NCBI GenBank assembly: GCA_051294905.1
Contig: CM119381.1
Coordinates: forward strand, 15,128,001-15,192,000
DNA from: Botryllus schlosseri
Lineage: Eukaryota
DNA: 64,000 bases
Reading direction: 5' to 3'
Numbering within the stretch: the first letter of the stretch is position 1; every line of letters starts with the position of its first letter. This document shows positions 47,001-59,000 of this stretch, piece by piece. A model generated the notes under the pieces. That model was given only the letters and a program-made list of their open reading frames with translations, searched no databases and was not told where the DNA came from. The position numbers were made by a program, and so were the translations under genes.

Positions 47001-50000
47001 ATTCAAGATATCTACAGAACTTCATCTTTAGAGCGAATGCTGAAAGGTAGGCCTGGTACAGTGTATGTCTATCCCTTGATCACTGCTTCTGCTCTAATGT
47101 CCTAGTTAATTTTGTTACAATTTTTCCAGTGTTTTTACCTCTTTTGCACACGGTACTACTGATGTGGAGACACTCTGATTACTATCATAATTCCAAAGTT
47201 TTTGCTCATCTGCTACAAATGTTGTCGAATGAGGTAAGATGTATGCAAGTTAGGTTCTTATCATGTATGTGACATACGTTACAAATATTGTAGGTGGTGG
47301 CTCGTGCCAGATCATTGGTTGGAAATAATCCTTTTGAAGACACTTCAAAGTCGTATACTGCACTCAAAGACGCCCTGCGACTTTGCGCTGCTTTCAGAGG
47401 CACCTATCTCGATTTTAAGGTACGTTCAGTTAAAGCAATGTAATCCGTGAAGACTATATCTCCTTGTTTTAATTTCAGGAATCAGCAAACGCTATAAACG
47501 ACCAAAAGCTGGAATCGAATGTTGTAAGCATGGCAAGATTGAGACCAAAAGATCACAATATCCTCTTTCGTGCGAAAATGTATGGGCCCACTGGATTCCA
47601 CCAATTACCCGGTGATACAACAATTAATGGTGAGCTGGATTATATAACCATTCATCACCCTTTGTTAGATAGCCTACACATGACATTTCAATTGGATAGA
47701 ACTGGCTGCAAGATATCTATAAACTTTGAGTTATGAAGTACTGCAATTTATCTTCCTTTATTTGAAATATACTAATGGGTTTACGAGATACGCATTACTT
47801 GGATTTTAGGCGGAATCCCAACGATAGGTTCACTTGTTTGTTGCCTAAAATTAGAAACATAAATACTCATCAAAAATATAATTATAAGTACACTGGTTGT
47901 TTGCACACGTTTTTTTTATTGGAACCAAATTCGGCTATGGATGAAGCTAAATGAAACATAGTTCACTATAAACCAATCTCTGTCTGAGGCTAGATTGGGG
48001 AGTAAGACTTTTAATGCAGTGAAAATTTTTGCATTTACGCACTTACCAATAGATGGCTCAAAAACCTTTGAGTATAATGAAATTGAGATATTAAACGGAA
48101 AATTGTATAATAAAATGAAGGTATATCAAATATAGTATAATAATGAAGGTAGTCGACTCAAAAATCGCAGAGTAATAAAATGAAGTGTTGAATTGTATAT
48201 TGTACAGTCAAGCGTAGATTTATTGAATTATTGTGAACCTGTATAGGTGTCTTTTATGCGAAAGAAGTCATATCTATAACAAAACTTGGAAAAATGTTCC
48301 CCGGTGTCATCAATTTCTTTTTTCAAGCTGGCTCCGAAGAAAACTGGGAAGATTCTCCGTGGCCACCCAGGAACGTTGCCTGCTTCAGCGGGCTGAGTCG
48401 ATTCGTTGAAAGATGCAATGATTTGTTAGACTTGGTCGAAACCACCCGGCATTTTCACACGTTGAAGGAGGCCTCGAAAGTAGGCGGGGCAGGTTCGCGA
48501 GCCCTGGACGCCCTCGTTAACGACATTCACCAGGTTGATATATAAAAATCACCGCAAAACTCATTGTGTTCAAAATCTAATTTTCTTGAATAGGTCTTCA
48601 CTAAAACCATCAAAGAGTTCACAAAGAAGAACCACGACGTTCTCACTATTGACGATAAGCAGCATTTTGAAAAGGCGTTTTTTCACTATCGCTACGTCAT
48701 CAAAACCTTGGAACGTCGACTGGCCGGGGTACTCAGAAAATCCATCAGCGTTTGTGCGAATCCGATGTCACATTTAAGGTAAACAAAGTTGTTTGGTTTG
48801 CGACTCAGTGCTGGACTGGCACTTTCAGTCAACAAAGTTGAAATTGTTAAATTGACCCTTCATAAAACTATAGATATAATGTCGTATATGTTTAATCTGT
48901 CGATTAATATAAATATGAAGCAAACAAAAAATATAGTTTCCAGACAAGTTTCTTTGTTACAAAACTCCATGATTTAGACAAAGCAGATGTGGTCAAAGTA
49001 ATTAGCATTGCTACTGAAGTAGAAGTAGAAGTAATGTCGTACGTTTATACTCGATTACAAGTAGAAGTGTCGTTGTTCATACGGTGACAAAAAAGCCAAG
49101 AAAAGGACCAGGGAAAGAAAAAAAGATCAAGAAGTAGCTTCTAAAAAGGATCAACGAAGAAAGAATATCAACGAAGAAGACCGACATCGGGAACTGTAGA
49201 TCGGGGTGGATGCCAGTTTTTGAGACCTCAACTGGTTGGTCGTTCGACATCCCCCTATCTATTCATTACATTGCATTGTGTGTCTTGTATATCGTATATC
49301 GTGTGTGTCCTGGGCAGATAAGAATATCATCTGACGATGGATTGATTGATTGAAGTAGTGATTGAGAGAATAATGTGTACGCAGCATTCTCCTGGATCAG
49401 CATAACTTTATGATCTCCGCCCTAAATCAAGACAATAAAAAAGGATCGTTCGGTTTGAGTGTGATCTGAGTCAGGTCCAATGCTCCTCTCTGCGATGACA
49501 AGGATGTGACTCCAACTTGATAACACTATCAAATTCGTCAGGGTTTTGGAGGTGTTTGAAGGCATCAGCGCACGGGACCTTCTGCAGAAAGATCTCACTC
49601 CTGAAAACGAATCGCTGGTCACACAACTGATCGACGAATTCAAAAGCGTCAAGCGTCTGTTTCAAAGAAGCGTGGGCGACATACCGAAACACAGGAACAT
49701 GCCGCCCACAGTCAGTAAATTGTTTTGGGTAAGTTAGACTCTGCATTATTCTCTCTGCGGCCCATTTTGCCACTTCTGACAATTTCACATACGTGGTCAA
49801 TGTAGTGAGCATGGTACTCAAGTAGGAGTAGAATTAATGTCATCAATTTCTACTCAAGAACAAGATGAAGTAGCGATTTGCAAGACATGTCAAAACTGCT
49901 TCAAGTAAAAGTAGAAAATTAATGATTCGAAAAATACGCTTGTAATGTGAGTAGTTTAGAAAAGTACATTCGGTCAAGGTATCGCGTAATTTTAGAAGTC

Positions 50001-53000
50001 AATCTGAAGTGTGATACTTTGAAAATTGCAATATGCTTTTTTGCGACAACGCAAAACGACTAATGATTACTCAAATGCTGCAATTTTTGAAAATATATTT
50101 TATTATCATCACGCAGGGACTACATAATTTAATTGTGCCCAACATATCCCAAACTACTTTCTACTTACATAACTCAAAGTATAAAATGTAAGCACTTTGT
50201 GTCAAAAACTGTTGAGTGGATCTTTCAGAGTCTCTGAACATATCCCCTTGAGTAAGTAGTACAAGGAGGGAAAACGTACTTGAGTATTCCAAAAAAGTAG
50301 ATGTACTTTGTTACTGACCACCTCTGCAACTGCACAGATCCGGGGCTTGAAGGATCGCATCAGCGTTCCCATGAACAAAATCCGCAGCGTTTGCCCGCAC
50401 ACGCTGGAGAGCGATAAGGGTTGGCTTTTGCGGGATGCCTACACCGACATCATGAATGACCTGGAGAAATATGAGACCAAATTGCTGTCGTCCTGGAGCA
50501 GAACCATCAATACAGACACCAGGTGTGGGAGAAATTTAGATCAATTAGCACTTGGTGTGATATTGCTTGTTGCCTTTCTGGTTACGTGTTTTAGCAATTG
50601 CGAACATAATTATCCAACTGCCACTTGACTTTTACACCACCGTTACTCTATGCTGTGATGGATTATATATAGAATCCTTGGCCGTAATAGGAAGGTTATA
50701 ATGTGGGTTTCGGCAATGAGTTTTCTAGCTTCAAGAGCGGTGGTTTTGGGCTTATCTGTTGGTATATGTAAAATACAGTGTCACAGCGATTACATAATTT
50801 ACGGCGCCATTTCCCTTCTCCGGAAGGAACCGATGATATTATATTTTAAATACTTTTTCCCTTGATTTGATTACTCTTCCTCATTCCTCTCCGGGATTCA
50901 ATTTTCGTGTCCTTAAAATTTGGCGCCTAGATCGATGTGTGCTTTATACACTGCTGGATCTTATATGTAAGATCTCGCTGTAAATTCAATTGCACTTTAA
51001 TAAGTTTGTAAGTTTAGAAGTTTGATAGCCTTGAGATTAGAGACTTCATATGTAACCTACGGGATTTAAACTTCATATATTTTGCTCATGCCATTGATCT
51101 ATGTTTCTGGGATTTTCAAAACACGCATCCGATTACAGGGAACTATTGAAAAATTGTGTTCTCGCCCAAGATGATACTCCAGTGCTTAGTGTATTGAGCC
51201 CGAGACAGGTAACTGAAAACGATGATGACGTGAATATCGAAAACGGAGATAGCCCGCGGGATCGTTCAATCGCGCTCAAAGTAAACCTAGATCCGAAGCT
51301 TCTGGAGATGCTACGTGACATCAAGTATTTGCGAATGGCCCCTTACGAGGTTCGGTAATACTGTTGTTTTTGTTGCACCGTATGTTGTCAATTATTATCG
51401 TGCAGGTGCCTATTCCCCAGTCGGTCCGCGCTTTACTGAGATCTGTGGACAGCAGTGTGCTTCACCGGCAAGCCACAAGGCTTCGGACTGTTGTGTCAAA
51501 GTATAATCATATCGTTAGGAGTTTGAAACAGCACGAGCTTTTGCTATTCGAAGGAAAACTACGGGAGGTAAATTCAACTTTGTAGTTTGGTGCAAGATTA
51601 TTCATAGTGTTTGATTGACTGCTGAATTTGGATACCTACATTTAACGGTATATAGTTTGAATTAATCATGAATAACACATAGAATAAAATCAGTATCGTG
51701 AGATACACAGGAAATGAAACATTTGTATTGGTAACAATGTTTTGGGTATCATATACGGATGTTAGTTCAGTGTTGTAAATCCCTCTTGTTTATGTGTTCT
51801 AGGCCAGTGGTTCCCAAATTTTTTGACTTATCGCCTTCTTATCCAGCTTAACGTATCTTTATCGTCCCCCTAAATACAAGAATTCATCAACTTATCCTTG
51901 TATTCACTTACTCAATTAGTTTTGCCTGTATAGTACTTCTACTTCAACAGTTTCTTGCCTCCATCTTTCAAAATTGCCCCCAATGGCCACTGTCGCCCAC
52001 TTTGGGAACCTCTGTTCTAGTCCAAGGTGGGTGTTTGATTGAAAGACTACTCCAAGCTGTTTTGACTCCTTATCTTTCCATTCTATCACTATCTTGTGGT
52101 TTTGAAATAATCAAGTCATTAATTAACTCAACTGAATTAAACTATCCCTACAAGGATATGTTGAGTACATCCATAATTTACATAAATCTGTTAATTTCAT
52201 GTCTGCAATCTTGCGATGTTCACGTCAAGATGAATCTTATTATCACTTATTCCGCAGGTTGACGAATTGATTCAAGAAGGGCGAGAGGTGGTCACGTGGA
52301 GTTCAACAGATCTGCAGGATTACGTCGAGAAAGTAACGGCCGTCATCAGCGATGACGTCTACCGATGCCTGACTCGAGTTCATAACAACTGGACGAAAGT
52401 GGAAGAAATTACGAGATCTTGGTCCGAAGGTACGCCGCATTTTGTCGATGAACTCGCGGTAGGTTTTGTGAAAATCGAGTTTTAGAGAAGTGGTTCTTGA
52501 CTTTTACTAACCCGCGGAACACTTACCGTAATTTTCCATGTATAATGCGCAAAATTTTCACGATTTTTTGCCCTAAAATAGGGAGGTGCGTATTATACAT
52601 GGGTACAGCAAGCCTTGAAAAAAATCTCCCTCGATAAAAAACTTGAAATCACACCTTTCTTCATCTTTGTTTCCGATCGCGCATCACTTTCAGCCATCGC
52701 GCACAGTAATTCGTATTATTGAGTCAATTAGCGAGAAGCGTGTTGCCAATTAACGAGAGTCGTGTGCACCTGCACAAGCACGCGATCTCTTGCTGAGCTG
52801 GTTTGCCGTTTGTACGCGAGAGTCACTAATAGGCACTCGCGCGCGGCAATTCCCGCTAATTCGTCGCGTCAACGACAGACCCGAACAATCGCATATACAT
52901 ATACATACACACAAGAGGCCATGTGCGCAAGATATAATCGCTTGCGTAATCAGTCGCATCTCCAACAGACCTGGTGCGCACGACATAGCCGTTAGCCTGA

Positions 53001-56000
53001 GCAATCACATATGTAATAGGCGTCGTGCGCGAGATGTCGGTTCGTTGGCCTAAACCAGTGGTTCTTAACCTTGCCCCCAGCGCCCCCAGGGGGCGCTGGC
53101 GATTTCGAAGGGGGCGGGAACGCTCAGGGGGCGATATGGGGGGCGCTGGGCTCAGGGGGGCGGTATGGGGGGCGCTGGAGAAGAATGGCTTCGCATTAGA
53201 TGATGTGGTGATATCCTTAATGAGTATTCAGAGCAAATTATCACCGAAAACTTCGTTACATATAGCCTTCAAAATAGATATAGGTTTAATTGTCCATGGG
53301 CGCCTAAATGACTGGCACCGAATGTTCCTGTCTGGACAATCTGAACCCCAGAAGACGAATTCCATCTGGCAGGGAAAAATTATATGCCAGTGAAGAAATA
53401 CCAATTTGAAATCGTGTGCGTCTTTTAGTAAAGTACGATTGGGCGACAGGGATATTCCAGTTGGGCGATATCCCTGTTGAGCGATTCTATATTTTTTGAT
53501 ATTGCAGACAGGGGGTCATGAAATAACACCATGCAACGAAGTCATACCAACGGGTTCGCCCGCCCGAATATGTTTAATTATTAGTTACGGGCCCTACAGT
53601 TTCCAAGACACCTCACCTGTTCGCTTTAAGTTTTGATGAGTCTGCGCACACTCAACAACTCACTGCGCTGACCCTTGGACAACAGTGCGTAACGACTAAA
53701 AAAAGGTCATAACTTCGGATTTGTTGTGCGCAACGTAGATTTTCTGTGCGCAGAGACCGTGTCAGCACTGTGCATCACGTGCGCAGCTTAGAGGGAACAT
53801 TGCACCTCACTCGGCTCTACCGGTAAATCTGGTAACGTGAGCAGATAGGACAAGAAATTGATAACAATATATATGCAATCCCCGATCTTACTGACTGATT
53901 TTAGCATGAATTATCGAAAGTTTTCGCGCTTCGCACTGGCTCGCTAAACAGTACAGCTGATTCCGTGGCAAAAGCGAACAACGTGATGGGGGTCGATCGA
54001 TTTATCACCCTATGGGCTCAAGTTTTTTCGGGGGCCTGACGAAGTGTCGTTTCGTTCCTGCCATCGGGTATACGCCCGAAGATGTAGCCTATAATTATTA
54101 TTGAGGGGTCCTACCTTTTCAATCACACATCACTCAGCTTTACCGGTAAATCTGTTTACGTGAGCAGAGAGAGGATAAAAATTGATCTCAATTTACATGC
54201 AATTCCCGATCATATTGACCAATTCAATCATTAATTAGTGAAATTTTTCGCGCTTCGCGCGCCTACGCGAGAATAGCTGCCTCAGTAAATGGACGCCCAA
54301 TGTAGATACCTAGTATCAGCAAATAACGGACAGCCGAATGGGGGTGTGGGAGTGAAATTCCCCGGAAGTTGGGGTTATCGCCCGATAGGGGCCCAGGACC
54401 AACGTTTTTTGTTTGGGGGGGGGACTGACGAAGTGCCGTTACGGCCCTGGTAACGAATAATTGTACCTACGGGCACGGTCGAATATGTTTAATTATTAAT
54501 TACGTGCCCTTTATTTTCTTATACAACAGCTCACTCAGTGCTACTGGTAAATCTGATTAGGTGGGCTGAGGGGATAAAAAGTTTATAGCGACTTATATAT
54601 GTAATTACCAGCTATACAGCTATGGGGTTCGTGGGGGCAAAACCCTCAGAAGTTTGGTTTATCACGCTATGGGTGCGCAAGGCAATCGTTTTTAGGGGGA
54701 TTGACGAAGTGCTGTTACGGTCCTCCCTCTTACTCATTGTCTTTATTGCATTCCTTACAATATGAAGTTGGGGGGCGCTGGAGCACGATAATTTTTGAAA
54801 GGGGGCGCTGGAGGAAAAAAGGTTAAGAACCACTGGCCTAAACTATCTCGCCGCTGGCCTCGCAGGTTTTTGCTGCTATCTACTATGATTTAGAAACAAT
54901 GCCGTTAATTGTATAATTATTAGCAATCGCATCTGTAATAGGTCTCGTGCTCAAGATGTCGTGTCGCTAGCCTGAACTATCGCGCCGCCGGCCTCGCAGG
55001 CTTTGGCTGCTATCTACTATCGTTTAAAGACAATCCCGTTAATTGTATAATGATTTGCGATCGTTATGTCATGATTGTTCAACAGTGACATCGCAAAACA
55101 GAATGACATCGTATACTAAATCGGAACTATTCATGTACAGTACTGAAATGCAGGGTGCATATTATACATGGGTACAGTCTTTTTCCCAGAATTTGCATGC
55201 TATTTTAGGGGTGCGTAATATACATGGGGGCGTACTATACTTGGAAAATTACGGTACGCTAATCTGCAAACCTTAGCGGAAGCCCAAATTTTTGCTGAGT
55301 CATAGAAATTTACCACTTTAGACATTTAACTACACATCTGATACATTGCTATATCTTACTGAATATCGGTGTAACTTCTGCTGTTCCCATTCAGCACCAG
55401 CTCAGAAATGGTAGGCTTCACCTTGGAAAGTGTTATCATATTGTCCGATTGAAGCGCAACAGCGTTTAAGCCAAAAAATGAGCTTCTAAATATCGGACAT
55501 AGTATAGGCATTTCAGAATGACTGGGTTTCGAACCCCAGCCTTTCCTGCGTACGCTACTGCACATGACGTATCACAATAATAGCAACTACTCACCAGGAA
55601 TAATTTCCTGCAGCCAAATAAGAGCCAAGATGGGCGTAGCATCACAAATCATACGTATAAGTTGAGCGTATGTCTTGATCTCCATTAAACCCCTGAGACC
55701 CTAAGTGTTCCATGGAACACTGGCTAAAAGTTACTGGTTTAGACCATCAATTTGATTGCTGCAGGTGATCTCGATATCTTCACAAGCCACCGACTGTCTC
55801 CGTTGACACGCAACCTCGACGATCTGCTGCAAATCCAAGAAGACATGGACCAACAGTATCGGAGTATGCTAATCCCTAGCGGAGACGAGATACACTCACT
55901 GCTGAAGGATTCTTTTCAAGTATGGTAACATGCCTTGCGCTAACGAACAAAAGAGTTTAATTACTGCTACTATACCTACCTTAATAGTTATTTCTTGCAG

Positions 56001-59000
56001 AGGTGGTCACGGTCAGAGCAGCCGGTGTTGCTACTCGATGTAAATTTCTACTGATTTCAAAAAACATGCCAAAACTAATTTAAGCGGATGTACAAAATGA
56101 ACAGTGAGAAAAGTACTCAATTGAGGAGTTTCAAAAAGAAGGTTTGGTCTAGGGCAGTGGTTCTCAACCTGGAGGGCGTGAAACATCTGAAGGGGGGCGC
56201 GAAGAAGCGGTCAACTGAAAGAATTTTTCGCGCTTTGTGCGATTTACCTCCTATTCACGTGTGTTTCTCTATATATAGACCGAATTTCATATTTTTCATT
56301 CTCTCATCAACAGTCATAACCTTCCATGCCACCAAACAATCTGATGGGGTTGCTAGCATCCCGGTTGGCTTTTTGTGATATGATGATAAGGGGGGCGCAA
56401 AATTTTTCACTATCATAAAGGGGGGCGTGTCTAAAAAAGGTTGAGAACCACGGGTCTAAGGGGTTGCATACTTTAAACAGTTATTCGAAGGTGACCACTT
56501 TAGAAGTTGTAAGATGTATCGTCGTGACTGACATAAAATGACTAATAACACAACGAATAGGTGCAGTGTTTAGTTACCGTGATACAGGAGCTATTTCATG
56601 AGCTATTTTATTTAACAATTTCACAAGTGACACAGACTACAATGCTATAACCTATATGGCAAAGTATCACGCAACGATCGTAATTACGAACCATGAAATC
56701 CTCATTGTAACAATGGCAACATAAAACTTTAAAGTATATAGGACAATAATAGCAACGCTAAAGTAAAAATGACAGATGACCTACACCAGCGGTTCCCGAA
56801 TTTTTTCGACTCATCCCCCCCTTATCAAGCTCAACACAAATTCCTCCCCTCTCCATATTTACGGATCCAATGAGTTGAGCTTACATTAGTCAACTTTCGC
56901 GTCATATGCAGAGTATGTCGACTTCGCGCGCATTTTTCATGTGCATTTTTATTTCTCACAGGACGTTCTAACATTTTTGCCCTCTATCGCTCCCTTTGGT
57001 ATTTTCGCCCCCTTGTTTATCAAAATCGTCCACTGGGGGCGATATCGCCCACTTTGGGAACCACTGACCTACATATATGTAATCAAACTGATGGGAGATG
57101 TGTGAGTGATACAGAAACTCTTTTCGTTCGTTGCGGATTCCTACACTTTGAAATGAAAACAAGGATCTACTCCTCACAAAAAAGATATGCCTAATAGCTG
57201 TCCAAGTAGTGGAAGTGATACTTTAGTACTGACCACCTCTGATTTCCTGTTAAGCATTTTAATCACATGACAATTTCGTTTTCAATCTCTCAATTTCTTG
57301 CCTTCAGGCCATCGAAATGAGCGCGGCCTCTCCCGCATGGCGACTATACACAGCGCAAATGGACGAAGTAGTACTGTTAGCCTTGAAAAAGAGCATTTTG
57401 ACGAGTTTGGATGCGATGTTTCTGATCACGTCCGCCGTTGAGATGGCCGCAGAAGCCTTGCCTATTTTGACGATCCGACTGGAACTGGTCGAGCAAACGG
57501 TGTCATTTTCACCACCGATGGACCGGTCATCTTCCGTTAACAACGTGGACGACGCGGTCGAATTGTGGCTTTCGAAATATGTGAAACGCGCCAGTTTGGT
57601 CAGGCGTCTGACGGTGGGCACGGCGATAATGGGTGTATTTTGTGGCCAAATTTAATCGCCAAGTCTCTTTTCTTGCAGGATCCCGCGAATTCTTACGATG
57701 AATTTTTGAAAGTTGACGAGGACGTAACAGAAATAGTTGCCGAGATTAAAAACGTGGTCACCGATAACGCTATGAAGTGCAAAGAGCTGTTGTCTATTTT
57801 CGACAACTACAGGTGATATTTGCGATCGACAATGATTTCCGTACTGGTGAGGTCTCACCGATGGGGTATTGGCAACTTGAAAACTTCATTCCTTGTGGCT
57901 TTGTTGAATGTACATTTATTTGTCGATTATGTAAGAATCATATGTTGTAACATTGTTGAAAACATTATGACATAGTAGTACCTGTTTCGGTATAGGTTTC
58001 TGTGGGTGCAGGATGTGCAGCAGTCTTTTCAAGACTTCTTGAACGGCCGCCCGTCGCCGAATCCTCTACGTGCATTGTCACAACACAAACACCGCAACGC
58101 CACAAGTCAAATGACAACGGGAACTGGACAAAGGTTAGTACGTCACGGCGATTTAGGTTGTCCTCAGCAAATTATTTAAGAATGGGCAGGGATGGATAAA
58201 GCAGTCACTGTTGCTGCACAAGTAGAACTAGAAATAACGCCGTAAATTTCTACTCAATCACAAGTAAATGTAGCAATTTCCAAGACAGGTCAAAACTGCA
58301 TCACGGGGAATTAGGCAATTGAGGAATTGATATTTCCATGGGTGAGACGGTGAAATATATAAAAAAAAAAAAAAAATTTATTGTAAAATCAAAATTTTCC
58401 AACTCTGATAGCTTTACTTCCACTAGTCAGAATTGAGTCAAATTTGGTGCCAACCTAACAATATTAGATGATAGCCGCGAAAATCTGAAGAAAAAAAACT
58501 TATTTTTGAGCAACTCTAATATTCGGTTATCCAGATGACGGGGTTACTTTGTCTGGTAGTTACTACAATAAATCGATGCAAACTTATCCAAAAACTACAA
58601 ATTCATAAAAGGTTTTGCTTCATAACTGTTCAAGTAGAAGTGGAAGTAGTTTGAAAACATAACCACTTGAGTAAGCAGTGAAAGTGGGCTAAGCCTACTT
58701 GAGTAGAGGTACTTCACTACTGATCACATCTGCAAATGAATATACAAGTATCTAAACAATCTACTTCAGATCTCGCTATTCCATGGCGAGTCCAGACGCG
58801 GTGACGGAGGCGGAAAGAGCGTTTTTGACTCCGTATAAAAACGCAATCCGTACCGGTTCCGTACTGACCGGTCAGCAAAGCCAAGGAGACAACAACCAAA
58901 TGGGTTTCAACGGCTCGTCCGAAACTGGGATGGAGTTTGGCGTGCCTGGTCTCGACGACTTTGACGCGGAAATTGGAATTTATAAATCCGCTCGTGACAA

